64,000 nucleotides of DNA from Gemmatales bacterium (GCA_041640595.1 JBEPZY010000002.1:178984-242983), one strand, 5' to 3'; positions 9,756 through 20,099 are shown, counted from the first letter of the stretch. Notes: a model not told the origin generated them from the sequence alone. Program-made: numbers and translations.

Positions 9756-10205
9756 ATGCAACGAGTCTATCGAATTTGCGGCGGGTGCGTGATGATTCTG
9801 GTCGTGGCGATGGTGTGGTTGAAGCAAACGGCTCCGCCCTCTGTCGGCCCTGCCGATGCAACCGCCGCGGATGCGAAGCCATCGGCACGCTTGCTGGCCC
9901 ACAACGTTTATTTCGCCCTCAAAGACAACTCTCCCCAGGCGAAACAGGCACTGGTGGACGCGTGCAAAAAGTATCTCTCCGGGCACGAAGGAACGGTCTT
10001 TTTCGCCGCCGGTGTCCTGGCCGAGGATTTAAACCGCCCCGTCAACGACCGTGATTTTGACGTAGCCCTGCACATCATTTTTAAGGACAAGGCGGCCCAT
10101 GACCGTTACCAGGACCACCCGCGACACAAACAGTTCATCGAGGAAAACCAGGCCAACTGGAAGAAAGTCCGCGTTTTCGATTCCTACGTCGAGGCAAGCC
10201 CGTAA
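9756..10205 (+). CDS. Dabb family (stress-responsive alpha/beta barrel) protein
   Basis: HNVYFALKD...FDVALHIIF...YQDHPRHKQF...VRVFDSY; N-terminal hydrophobic segment. Confidence 0.8.
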   Translation: MQRVYRICGGCVMILVVAMVWLKQTAPPSVGPADATAADAKPSARLLAHNVYFALKDNSPQAKQALVDACKKYLSGHEGTVFFAAGVLAEDLNRPVNDRDFDVALHIIFKDKAAHDRYQDHPRHKQFIEENQANWKKVRVFDSYVEASP

Positions 10206-10285
10206 AACGGACAGCGGGCCAAGGGTTTGCCTGTCGAGCACGCATCTCTTGTACACCGCAGGAAAAATTTTTTTACAGAGAGCGC

Positions 10286-10313
10286 TTGCATTACCAGCCG
10301 ATGGGGATATAAT
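10286..10313 (+). promoter_or_regulatory. Putative sigma70 promoter
   Basis: TTGCAT-16 bp-TATAAT upstream of the RRM gene. Confidence 0.5.
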
Positions 10314-10660
10314 GCAACATAGCAAGGCAGTCTGGGGGACTGCCCGGAAGAAGGGATGGGTGCCGGTGCTGTGGAACTGACCTGTCTGCCATTCGGTCTC
10401 ACGGGGCTTGACCGCGAGCGTGCTGGGCTGGTCGGAACCAGGTTTCCGGGTCAGGGAGAAACGGTTGCCGCGGTAGCGTGAATCCAACGATTCAGTCGGG
10501 GAATCGCTGCGAGTTCTGCTTGCCGTGTCAGACGTTGCCCTGAATAACCCATACTCCTTCCGCAACCGGAGCACCGGTTGTCGAGTGTCCGTAGGGGATC
10601 AGCGCGGCTGATCCTTTGGTCTGTGTGCCCATCCAGTGGGCCTTTGAGGAAGGTACGGCA

Positions 10661-10951
10661 ATGAAGAATCTGTATGTGGGCAATTTGCCCTTCAGCGCCA
10701 CTGCGGATGACCTCCGGGAAGCCTTTTCGCGGTTTGGTACCGTGACCCGTGCTCAGATCATCGTGGATCGAGAGACCGGCCGGTCGCGGGGATTCGGATT
10801 CGTGGAAATGGCTGACGGTGCCGATGAAGCTATCGCCCAGATGAACGGCGCGGTCTTCCAGGGTCGGCAATTGACGGTGAACGAAGCCCGTCCACGCGAA
10901 GAACGTCCACGTGGTCGTGAACGTCGCGGCTACGGAAGACGCGGCTACTAA
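10661..10951 (+). CDS. RRM-domain RNA-binding protein
   Basis: RNP2 LYVGNL and RNP1 RGFGFVEM; Arg/Gly-rich tail. Confidence 0.93.
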   Translation: MKNLYVGNLPFSATADDLREAFSRFGTVTRAQIIVDRETGRSRGFGFVEMADGADEAIAQMNGAVFQGRQLTVNEARPREERPRGRERRGYGRRGY

Positions 10952-10991
10952 TCCATCGCAGTTGCCCAACGCTCAGGTCCAAAAATCCTGC

Positions 10992-11018
10992 TGCCCGGAT
11001 GACCCGACCGTCCGGGCA
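10992..11018. terminator. Hairpin between convergent RRM and WD40 genes, possible terminator
   Basis: TGCCCGGATG / CGTCCGGGCA inverted repeat; no strong U tract. Confidence 0.35.
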
Positions 11019-11038
11019 CGCTGGATTGGATATTTGCC

Positions 11039-12919
11039 TCAAGCCTGACTGCTTTTGCCGAAACCCAGCTGGGCAGCATCGAGCTGGTAGCAGGTTTGGT
11101 CGCCGTTGGCGGTAAAGACAAACCTACCGTCGCTGCTGAAGCAGGCGTCGTGCACGGCCACTTCCAGGTCGGTTGCACGCATCCATCGTCCTTCGGGCGA
11201 CCAGAGCGTCAGCAGATGATCCTCGCTGGCTGTCAGTATTTCACCGGTTCGTGGATGAAACGCCAGTGCGAAAACCGGTTCGCTATGCCCGGCAAGTTCG
11301 GCCAGGATTTTCCCCGACGGTAGCTCCAGCAGCCAGGCGGTACCGGAAAGATCGGCGAAAACGGCACGGCGACCGTCCCCGCGAACGGCCAGGCGCGTTA
11401 CTCCCTGACGCAGCACGATACGCCGTTGCCAGCGGTCACAGTCCCACCAGAACAGGCCGCCTTCGTTACCGCTCTCGGCGAGCCAGTTGACCCCGCCCAC
11501 CAGCAATGCGTGATAACCGGGCACGAACGCCACCGTTTCAGCCGAAAATCCCCCGGCTGCTTCGGGCAAGAGCAAGGTCGGTTGCGGTTGTTCCCAGGTC
11601 CAGAGATAGACGTAACCGTCGCTGCCCCCGGCGGATGCCAGCACGTCGCCGTTTTCGTGCCAGCTGAGTTCGCGTATCGCTGTGTGGTGTTCCTGCCAGG
11701 CGTTGTGCCAGCCGCCGTCACTGACACGCCAGATGTGAATACTGCCCACGCCGTCAGCCGTCAGCAAGAATTCGCCGCTTTTGTGAAAAGTCGCCACGCC
11801 CGCTCCGTGAGGGTGGTCCAGAGCAAAACACTTGCGGCCCTGCTGCCAGTCAAAGACATGAACCTGGCGACCGGTAACCAGAGCCAGATATCTGGAACTT
11901 GCTGCCAGCCGAACCATCAGGGCTGCTCCTCCACCGCAACCCAAACAGGGCTGGCCCGTAGCCACGTCCCAAACGATCAGTCGCCGGTCTTCACTGGCGC
12001 TGAGCAGCTGGCGACCGGCAGGGTCGAAGGCCAGTCCGACAATTTCGCCCCATCCGGCCGACATTTCGTGCAGCAGCTGCCGCCGATCGAAATCCCACAA
12101 CCGCACCACCCCCGCATTGTCGCCCGTGGCCAGTAACTGTCCATCCGGAGCGAAGGTGAGGGCAGTTACGCATTCAGCGTGGGCATTGAACAGCGCGATC
12201 GGTTCGGGTTGTTGCAGGCTCCAAACATGGGCATGCGTGTCCCATCCTGCCGAGCAAAGTAACGGCGCCTGCGGATGCCAGGCCAGCGCGGGAATTCTTC
12301 CGCCGGGCACAAGGAATGTCTTCAGGCGTGCCCCATCGAATCGTCGCCAGATCACCAGTTGCCGCGATTCATCCGCAGCAGCCAGATATTCGCCATCGCT
12401 ACTGAAAGCCACGGCGCTGACGGCCTGGCGATCCTGCACCAGGGTGCGACAATGGGTCAGCCCCGGAACGCTCCACAGTTCAATGGTGCCGTTTTCATGA
12501 CCGGTAGCGAGCCAGCGACCGTCAGACGACCAGGCCAGCGAAGTTACCCAGCGATCGGGCTGCGTGCAGGCGAGTTCCTCTCCCGTGGCTGGTTCAAACA
12601 ATGTCAATTGCTGACCGGCGGCGGCGAGAAATTTTCCGTCCCGACTGAATGCCCACAGCGGTTCCACTTCACCCAAATACTGCCGCTGCACGACCCGACC
12701 GCTGATGAGCGACCATTGCCGCACAATCCCGTATTCTTCCACCGACCACACACCCCGTTCGTCGAGAAACACAGCGAGCAAATCCGACTCCACTGCCAGC
12801 CGGTTGTCACCGAAAACGCGCAGCACTCCCTTACCGCTGCGGCCAGGCTGCGAACCGTTTTTGCCATTGGTATGTACCATGAGCGGCTCGATTCGCCGGG
12901 GCGGGTAGCGACTGCTCAT
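11039..12919 (-). CDS. WD40-repeat protein (probable double beta-propeller)
   Basis: Many 'V..LAFSPDG..LA.G......WD' repeats; start uncertain (12973, 12919 or 12880). Confidence 0.88.
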   Translation of the reverse strand: MSSRYPPRRIEPLMVHTNGKNGSQPGRSGKGVLRVFGDNRLAVESDLLAVFLDERGVWSVEEYGIVRQWSLISGRVVQRQYLGEVEPLWAFSRDGKFLAAAGQQLTLFEPATGEELACTQPDRWVTSLAWSSDGRWLATGHENGTIELWSVPGLTHCRTLVQDRQAVSAVAFSSDGEYLAAADESRQLVIWRRFDGARLKTFLVPGGRIPALAWHPQAPLLCSAGWDTHAHVWSLQQPEPIALFNAHAECVTALTFAPDGQLLATGDNAGVVRLWDFDRRQLLHEMSAGWGEIVGLAFDPAGRQLLSASEDRRLIVWDVATGQPCLGCGGGAALMVRLAASSRYLALVTGRQVHVFDWQQGRKCFALDHPHGAGVATFHKSGEFLLTADGVGSIHIWRVSDGGWHNAWQEHHTAIRELSWHENGDVLASAGGSDGYVYLWTWEQPQPTLLLPEAAGGFSAETVAFVPGYHALLVGGVNWLAESGNEGGLFWWDCDRWQRRIVLRQGVTRLAVRGDGRRAVFADLSGTAWLLELPSGKILAELAGHSEPVFALAFHPRTGEILTASEDHLLTLWSPEGRWMRATDLEVAVHDACFSSDGRFVFTANGDQTCYQLDAAQLGFGKSSQA

Positions 12920-13070
12920 CGTCGCCAGGCTCCTGCTTTCCTGTCCGGTTCCATACAACGTTTCGCATGCCAACTATAGCACACAATTGCCCGGCCCAGG
13001 TGCTGATGGAAATTGTGTTGCCATGCTTGTCCCAACTGCCACGCCCATCACGACCAGCTGACATAGGCCC

Positions 13071-13673
13071 ATGACTGCTCGAAAGCATCGGCCTCGATTG
13101 CCCCAGACCCGATCATGCCCACGCTGGCACATCGAAATCGCCGACCGGCAGAACTTCGTTCGCATACCGAAAAAATTACTCCGCCGGCTCATCGTTACCG
13201 TCCTGGCTGGCGAAAATCGGCCTGGATGCCAGCTCAGTCTCGCCCTGGTGGACGACCAGGTCATAACCGACCTGCACCAGCGATTTCTGGGTCTGGCCAC
13301 TCCGACCGATGTGCTGACCTTTCCACTGGACGATGACGTGGGGAACTCGCCGAACGATTCGATTACGTCGTCCAGGAATCGCATGCAGGCAACGACGCAA
13401 CCTGCCAGGAACTCGCTGAACCAGGGGGATACGTCGTCTCGAATAGTATGCGGGGAGATCGTCATCAGCACGCAAACCGCGCTGCGTCAGGCCCGGCAAC
13501 GCCGCCACGATCCCGCCACCGAGACCCTGCTTTACGTCATTCACGGCTTGCTGCACCTGTGCGGTTACGATGACACCACGCCCGCCGCCCGCCGCATGAT
13601 GCAACGCCGACAACTGCACTATCTCCACCAACTCGGCCTACGCCTGCGGCAACCCCCTCCCCACGGCAACTAA
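13071..13673 (+). CDS. ybeY: rRNA maturation endoribonuclease YbeY
   Basis: PTDVLTF, GEIVIS, HGLLHLCGYDD. Confidence 0.88.
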   Translation: MTARKHRPRLPQTRSCPRWHIEIADRQNFVRIPKKLLRRLIVTVLAGENRPGCQLSLALVDDQVITDLHQRFLGLATPTDVLTFPLDDDVGNSPNDSITSSRNRMQATTQPARNSLNQGDTSSRIVCGEIVISTQTALRQARQRRHDPATETLLYVIHGLLHLCGYDDTTPAARRMMQRRQLHYLHQLGLRLRQPPPHGN

Positions 13674-13674
13674 C

Positions 13675-14035
13675 ACCGGCGACCGTAGGCCCGCCGTGCC
13701 AAGTATCGCGAACGGTGTGCAACAGCAATCCAGTCATGTTCGTGAACCATCGAACGCGCACCAAAAGCGGCGGGCGTGAGCCCGCCGTGGATTGCTAACG
13801 CCGGTGCAATCGCGGACGTTTTCCACGGTCGGCTCACGCCGACCGCTCCTGATGCACGACGTTCGTCCGCTGAACAACGCGCCACCGGCAGTGCACAAAC
13901 GCACGTGCACAAGAGCGGCGGGCGTGAGCCCGCCGTGGTGTGCGGGATACGACCGCTGAGCAGTGAATATCCGATTTTGTTCAACGAGCACCGAACCGGC
14001 AATCGAGAGCGGCGACCGTCAGCCCGCCGGGGTGT
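13675..14035. repeat. REP-like palindrome cluster (BIME-like)
   Basis: GCGGCGGGCGTGAGCCCGCCGTGG hairpins near 13767 and 13915, an inverted copy near 13823, degenerate copies near 13675 and 14007; between convergent genes. Confidence 0.8.
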
Positions 14036-14107
14036 GCGGGACACGATCGGTGAGCATCCGATTTTGTTCAGCGCCCAGCAGGCTGAAAATCGAGAATGGC
14101 GGGCCCT

Positions 14108-14510
14108 GTTCAACGAGCGCACGGCAACGTTCGCAGAGATTACGCCTGCCGCATTGCTACGCCGAGAAGGAGGGACACAGTTCAACGAGCGCACGGCAAT
14201 GCTCGCAGAGATTATGGGTCGAATTTGGGCGGACAGATTGCAGGTTGGGGCTCGGACCGGTTGAGCGCCCACTCTAAGGAGAATACGGGTCGAATTGGCA
14301 CGGACGGATTGCATGGCCGCTGGCCGCATTTGCGCTCGCCGTCTGCAGATTACGGGTCGGATTTGCACGGACAGATTGCAGGTTGGGGGCCTCGGACCGG
14401 CCGAGCGCCCACCCTAAGGAGATTACAGGTCGGATTGGCGCGGACGGATTCCAGGAGCACAAACGCTGTATGCGAGGTCGAGCTGGAGTTAGAGGTCGCA
14501 GGTCGAATTT
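14108..14510. repeat. Chained direct-repeat arrays, period 67-73 bp
   Basis: 37-bp pair at 14108/14180; GATTACGGGTCGRATT.G..CGGAC.GATTGCA-like units with GGTCG cores at 14217, 14288, 14355, 14428, 14501. Confidence 0.85.
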
Positions 14511-14605
14511 CCGCGCGCCGCTAAAAAGGCCAGGTGCAGTGGCGCCAACGCTGGCCGGTTTGTTTTCGTGACACGCGATCAGCGATACCAAGCGAGGCGA
14601 CGTTC

Positions 14606-15586
14606 TCAGCGATAACAGGCGAGGCGCTGTTCGGCAGCGGGACCGACGCGCAAACTGGCCAGCGCTGCCGACTTTGCCTGCTCAAGGCGCTGGCTATCCA
14701 CCGTGGGTAACCAGCGGAAAATGCTGGCGGCGTTGTCGTTTTTGCTTGGCGGGCTGACTGCGGGAGGTTCTGCCGAGCCGGTGGTGGCTGGCGGTTGCTG
14801 CGATGCTGAGGCGGACGGCGAAGGTGGTGTTTCGGAGTCCGCCTTGGTCGCAGGACTCTGGCTAGCCTGAGCCTCCAGCACTTTCTGCCACTGTTGTCGT
14901 GTTTCCGAGGCTGCCAGTTCCCGAAACACAATCGCCAGCAGGAATCGCCCCGCCTGGCTACTGGTTTCAGATGTGTCCAGGGTGCGAAGGTAGATTTCGT
15001 AGCGGTACGTTGCGAAACAATCCTTCGGCACGGGAAGGGGTTTGCCGTGGCGATCTCGCGGTGGTTCCTGGTCACTCCGCCAGATTGACCTGCCGTAACG
15101 AACAGGCAGGTTCGCCTGCAACAGTTGGGGACTTTCCCAGGATCGGCGAAAGATGGCATCCTCGTCCTGGGCTAATGGTTCAAACGGTTTGCTGCTGCCA
15201 CTGGCGGCTTGCAGATCGGGGACCAGCTGTTCGAGAAACAGGCTGGCCGTGCCCACTTCTGCCAGAGGTACGATACCGACATGGGCTTCCAATACGGGCA
15301 AAGTGGCGGTCTCCTGCCGGGGTGGAAAATACGCCAGGCGTGAGACGACTCCCTGCTGTGCCGGCGTAGAAGTTACCTCCCGCGGCAAGCGCAGGTAAAC
15401 CGCAAAAGGCACATGCGGGAGCGAAATTGGTTCGCCGAGGAGTTGGTCGTCAGCATCATATTGCTGCAAGCGCAGGCGAGTGCGTTCGATGCGCTCCTCA
15501 TATTCACGCACCCCGCAACCGCTCACTGTCAGCACGATGACACACAACCAGCACCACTGGTGCCACGTTTTCGCACGAGGGATCAT
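14606..15586 (-). CDS. Hypothetical lipoprotein
   Basis: Hydrophobic leader with lipobox VSGC followed by GVREYEER; start inferred at ATG 15586. Confidence 0.65.
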   Translation of the reverse strand: MIPRAKTWHQWCWLCVIVLTVSGCGVREYEERIERTRLRLQQYDADDQLLGEPISLPHVPFAVYLRLPREVTSTPAQQGVVSRLAYFPPRQETATLPVLEAHVGIVPLAEVGTASLFLEQLVPDLQAASGSSKPFEPLAQDEDAIFRRSWESPQLLQANLPVRYGRSIWRSDQEPPRDRHGKPLPVPKDCFATYRYEIYLRTLDTSETSSQAGRFLLAIVFRELAASETRQQWQKVLEAQASQSPATKADSETPPSPSASASQQPPATTGSAEPPAVSPPSKNDNAASIFRWLPTVDSQRLEQAKSAALASLRVGPAAEQRLACYR

Positions 15587-16315
15587 CGCAACGCTCACTT
15601 CTCCCGGTTGGCCTGCGTGGGCAGTTGCTTTTCTATGCGAAAGCCAGCTCTCCGGTAGATTGTAGCACTCGCGGTGAACACGGAGAGCGGGCGTTTTTGC
15701 ACGCCGCATTGGGCGCGATGGCGAGGCAGTGTATCGGATTGCCTCATGGTTCGGGCAAATCGCGGAAGTGTCGGCGGAAATGTTGTAATTCCCGGAACAC
15801 ATCGCCATCCTCGCAGAAAGTGGGCGATGTCGCCATCCTTGGCTGGCAAATCGCTGTAGTAATTCGCGGCTTGTCCGGCTGGCCAATTTTATGGGCGACT
15901 TCTCCGGGTGACTGGGTCGGTGCCGTAATTTCGGTGCAGGCATTGGTGGGGGCCAATCTCTCCGCAAGTGTTCGGGGCGGTGATTGTCGGCGAGGATTAT
16001 GGCGGTGGTGATAATGGCGGTTGGGGTGCTGGTCGGGCGAAGTGCAACCGCTAACATTGACGCTGGGTCGTGGCTTTCCCATGACATAAGGAAGTCGAAC
16101 GATGAAGTCGGCCGGCATTGCGGCAGAAACATCCGGACACGGATGCGGGAAGACCTGGCAGGTCGCCAAACGCACTCGCTGTCCGAGCTTGACGCCGTAA
16201 GTGCCGGGACAAGTCGTGAGGACCGGGGAGCAGAAACGATCTTCCCGTCCGGCCCTGCTTCGGCGACAAAGCAAACAGTGAGAATTCGGTCCGGCCGTAT
16301 GACGGAGAGCAGAAG

Positions 16316-16747
16316 ATGCGAACATGGCTAGGGGCATCCGGGATTGTGGGAGTGATAACCATTGCCGTGGCGGGACTGCTTGCCCAGGATAAGCCGGTCT
16401 TCCCGCCGGAATTGACCAAACTCATGGAAGAGGTGCAGGTGCTTTTCAAGCCCTTGCAGGAAGCCGCCCGTTTCAGCAAGGCGAAGTTTGAGAGCGACGC
16501 CAAGCATGAAGAACTGGCCCGGGCAGCCAATCGCCTGGCGGAGTTGATGAAGCAAACGGAGAAATTCTCGCCTGAGAAAGACGCCCCCGACAAACCGAAA
16601 AAGGACTGGCTCGACACCTGCCAGGCATCTGCGCAGCATGCCCGCGAACTGGCGGAAGCTGCCAAAAAGAAAGATTACTCCGCTTACCGCGGTGCGTTTA
16701 AGCGAATGGATGCCGCGTGCACTCGCTGCCACGAGATTTTCCGATAA
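16316..16747 (+). CDS. Exported class II (c'-like) cytochrome c
   Basis: Signal peptide, helical body, C-terminal heme motif CTRCH. Confidence 0.85.
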   Translation: MRTWLGASGIVGVITIAVAGLLAQDKPVFPPELTKLMEEVQVLFKPLQEAARFSKAKFESDAKHEELARAANRLAELMKQTEKFSPEKDAPDKPKKDWLDTCQASAQHARELAEAAKKKDYSAYRGAFKRMDAACTRCHEIFR

Positions 16748-16879
16748 GCCGCCGGAGGGTTCCTGAAACGGACAGTGTAGCAGGATGCATGCCCGGAGAT
16801 GGTTGCCACTACCCGATGAGTTTGCCCACTGGTAACCGCAGTATAACAATCCCAGTGGCAGCGGATGGCCTGGGGTGAA

Positions 16880-16966
16880 GGCGAACCGGTAAAACTCCGT
16901 TACGCGGTAAGCACCGCAACAAAGACGGTCGCTACCGGCAACCACGGCGAACCGGTAAAACTCCGT
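16880..16966. repeat. Exact 21-bp direct repeat, period 66
   Basis: GGCGAACCGGTAAAACTCCGT at 16880 and 16946. Confidence 0.85.
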
Positions 16967-17066
16967 ACCGGATCGGCCAACATTGCCGGTTTGGAAAAGA
17001 GACGGCCCCAGCATCGAATCAAGCCTTCTGCGGGCCTCGCAGGGCCTCTAAAGCAAGGAGACAGGC

Positions 17067-19556
17067 ATGCTACGGAGAACGTTGAGGGTGGTTGTCTTCG
17101 GAACGGTAACGCTTGTGGTGGCAGCAGCAACTGCCGGGTTGTGGTGGGTGATTCTCCAGGAAACCGAGCCAGTTTTGGCAGATCGCTCAGCTCCCCAATC
17201 TAGCGGAGTCCAGCAATCTGACCCGGAACGAAGCAAATCCTCTGCACCATCGGAAGCTTCGCAAATATCCTATCGCACCTCAAATCCCCTGTTTCACGTG
17301 GAACCCTATCTTCAATATCCTACGCCAACTGCCATTTCTATCCTCTGGGAGACAACGGAGCCGTTGCCGGGAGAGGTCGAGTTTGGCGAGACGGAGGCCC
17401 TGGGCCAGAAAGTTATCGAATCCGACAAGCCACGAACTTTCCACGAAGTTCGGCTAACCGGCTTGAAACCGGGCACGCTTTACCATTACCGGGTTCGGAG
17501 CGGTGAGGCTGTTTCGCCTATATACACGTTCCGCACTGCACCGCCGGAAGGAACCCGGCGTTGGCGATTGGCGGTGTACGGCGACTCGCGATCCAACCCG
17601 GCTGTGCATCGCGCCATCGTCGAACAAATCGCCCGTAAACAGGTGGACCTGATCGTGCACACCGGCGACATGGTACTGAACGGAAAAAATCACGCTTTGT
17701 GGGCGCGGGAATTCTTCGGGCCACTGACGCCGCTTGCCTGTCGCGTACCGATCATCGCGGTGCCAGGCAATCACGAAGGCGATTCGCCTTATTACTTCCA
17801 GTATTTCGCCCTGCCGGGCAACGAACGTTATTACCATTTCCGCTACGCGAATGCTCGCTTTATCTGTCTGGACAGCAATATACAGTTCGCCAGCAGCTCG
17901 GGCAGCAGTTCCGGTACAGTGGCAAAAACGCCGTGGGCCAAAGAGCAGTTCGCCTGGCTGGAGAAACAACTGCAGGAACTGGACGATCAGACCTGGAATT
18001 TCGTCGTCTTCCATCAGCCGTTGTTCAGTGCCCATGCCACCAGACCGATTTCGCCCCTTCGCTGGCAATGGACTTCGCTCTTGCTCGATCCGAAACATCC
18101 GGTGGACGCGGTGTTCAACGGTCACGATCACTTTTACGCCCGCACCTGGCCGATCGCCAGCTATTCCGAGTTACCGACGCGGGGCGTGGTGTTCGTGACC
18201 ACAGCCGGAGGCGGAGCGCCGCTTTATCGCATTCGGCCACGCAGTTACATTGCGGCAGCAGTGCCTCTGCATCATTTCACGCTGCTGGAGTTTCACGACG
18301 AGGAGGTAACGGCGACGGCTTATTCAACATCAGGCCAGATTTTAGACCGATTTGTGCTCCGTAAACGGTCTGAACCAAAAGAGTATTTCTGCTGGGAAGT
18401 CGAACTGTTCCGGGAGAACCTGAGGCAGGCGTTGAGCCAGATGCCGGTTTTGACGGTCTCCGGAGAACGAAGCAGTCTGCGCGGGCATCTGGAAGTGGCG
18501 AATCCGTTTCGTCGGCGCCTGCGAGTGCTGTGCCGATGGACGATTCCGCCCGGCTGGCGGTTTCCCGCAACGGAAACGACGTGGACTCTCGAACCAGGAC
18601 AACCCCTGCGTATTCCTCTGGAAGCCGAGGTGCATGAGGAATCGGTGCATCTGCTGCCACGCCTGCTGCTGGAATTTCTGCCACCGGCAGAAAAAGCTGG
18701 CTCGCAAACCGAGCCCGCGAACCAGGCTGCTTCATCCGCCGGGGAAGCGTCATCCGCAGCGCTGCCGTTTCGCAATCGCACGGTGGCACTTTATCCGTTC
18801 AAACTCGCTGGGCCGGATTCGTACACACTGACCCGCGTGGAGCGTGTGGATGTGGATGGCAAAGCCGATGAGCCAGTCTGGAAGCAGACACGTGCAGTGC
18901 GTTTGCCCCGGCTCGGTTTTGGTTCACTTACCTCGGCCAGCAGCGCTGTGAGCGATTGGGCTCCCGGATTGGGTACCGGGCTTGGTACGGGGTCCCGGCC
19001 AGGAACGCGGCCACTCGAACCAGCAGCCAGCAGCGGCAAAGATTTCCCTGCCCTGCCGGTTGCCGAAGCTCCACCGGAAGTGCGTCTGGTGGCCAGCGAG
19101 CATCAACTGTTTGTGCTGGTGCGAGTGCCGGACAAGCAGCGTCGCATTACTGTCCAGCCGCCCGATTCCACCCGGGAGAGCAGTGCCCTGGTCCTTTACG
19201 ACAATCATGTCCGCGTGGAATTGTTTGACGGCAAGCGAATTTGCAGTTACGCGCTATCGGCAGAAAACGTGCCTTATCACGGCGTGGATGGCCGAATGCA
19301 GGAAGCGGCCTGGCTGGGAGTGTGCACGCATGACGGTCAGGCCTGGATCAGCGAACTGGCCATTCCGCTGGAGCGAAACCAGGCCCAGTCGTTGCGCTGC
19401 AACGTGGTCGTGTATTTGAAAGATGGCCCGACACAGTACGAATGGCGAGCACAACGCCCAGCGCTCGCCGACACGGAATGGTTGCCGATCTGGGATTTGC
19501 GGGGAACGAGTCGGCCCGATGGATTTGCCCGGTTACGCTGGCCGGAATCGAACTGA
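17067..19556 (+). CDS. Purple-acid-phosphatase-like metallophosphoesterase with FN3 domain and C-terminal beta-sandwich domains
   Basis: YGDSR, HTGD, PGNHE, FHQP, NGHDHFY motifs; N-terminal membrane anchor. Confidence 0.85.
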   Translation: MLRRTLRVVVFGTVTLVVAAATAGLWWVILQETEPVLADRSAPQSSGVQQSDPERSKSSAPSEASQISYRTSNPLFHVEPYLQYPTPTAISILWETTEPLPGEVEFGETEALGQKVIESDKPRTFHEVRLTGLKPGTLYHYRVRSGEAVSPIYTFRTAPPEGTRRWRLAVYGDSRSNPAVHRAIVEQIARKQVDLIVHTGDMVLNGKNHALWAREFFGPLTPLACRVPIIAVPGNHEGDSPYYFQYFALPGNERYYHFRYANARFICLDSNIQFASSSGSSSGTVAKTPWAKEQFAWLEKQLQELDDQTWNFVVFHQPLFSAHATRPISPLRWQWTSLLLDPKHPVDAVFNGHDHFYARTWPIASYSELPTRGVVFVTTAGGGAPLYRIRPRSYIAAAVPLHHFTLLEFHDEEVTATAYSTSGQILDRFVLRKRSEPKEYFCWEVELFRENLRQALSQMPVLTVSGERSSLRGHLEVANPFRRRLRVLCRWTIPPGWRFPATETTWTLEPGQPLRIPLEAEVHEESVHLLPRLLLEFLPPAEKAGSQTEPANQAASSAGEASSAALPFRNRTVALYPFKLAGPDSYTLTRVERVDVDGKADEPVWKQTRAVRLPRLGFGSLTSASSAVSDWAPGLGTGLGTGSRPGTRPLEPAASSGKDFPALPVAEAPPEVRLVASEHQLFVLVRVPDKQRRITVQPPDSTRESSALVLYDNHVRVELFDGKRICSYALSAENVPYHGVDGRMQEAAWLGVCTHDGQAWISELAIPLERNQAQSLRCNVVVYLKDGPTQYEWRAQRPALADTEWLPIWDLRGTSRPDGFARLRWPESN

Positions 19557-19630
19557 TCACCCATTCCGGAAAATCGAGAACTGTTCGGTTGAGCCGCGGG
19601 CAGAGCTGTCGAAGGCCACCGGGAAATCGG

Positions 19631-19778
19631 TTCATCGTGCGTTGTGCGAAATTGCGAGTGCCCAGGTGCGGAACACGCGAATCCCGATTCCGCGGCGAAA
19701 CAGATTCATCGTGCGTTGTGCGAAATTGCGAGCGCCCCGGTGGGGAACACGGGAAGCCCGATTCCGAAGCGAAACGCA
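19631..19778. repeat. 74-bp tandem repeat, 2 copies
   Basis: TTCATCGTGCGTTGTGCGAAATTGCGAG at 19631 and 19705. Confidence 0.9.
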
Positions 19779-19879
19779 TTGACCGCCACGGCCAAAAATG
19801 GACGGATTGCCGGTTGAAATCGTTGCGCTGCGTTTGGGCCCGAACCAGTTCCCCCGCGCTAAGGCGAGAATGGATCGAT

Positions 19880-19984
19880 CGGCGTTCCTAGTCGTGAGCT
19901 GGCACCGTGAAACCTACGCAAATCTTTATTGCCTTGGAGGGCTATGCGGCGTTCCTAGTCGTCGTGAGCTGGCACTGTGAAACC
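19880..19984. repeat. About 35-bp direct repeat, period 67
   Basis: CGGCGTTCCTAGTCGT(CGT)GAGCTGGCACYGTGAAACC at 19880 and 19947. Confidence 0.85.
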
Positions 19985-20099
19985 GTGCGATCGGTCCGAG
20001 CGAAACGTCGCTAACAATGAGACATGGGGGCATGATTCGCACGTGACTGGCGATTCGGCGAGCACCTGGAGCCAGCGTTGGGATCACCGTCACCGTGCG

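Noticed and set aside
13670..14591. ORFs of 85-232 aa over the REP/repeat region
   Set aside because: They are translations of palindromes and repeats, with no domain motifs and overlapping ORFs in several frames.
15700..16300. Possible decayed ~66-74-bp periodicity (GTAATT at 15785, 15859, 15925)
   Set aside because: The matches are too short to distinguish from chance by eye.
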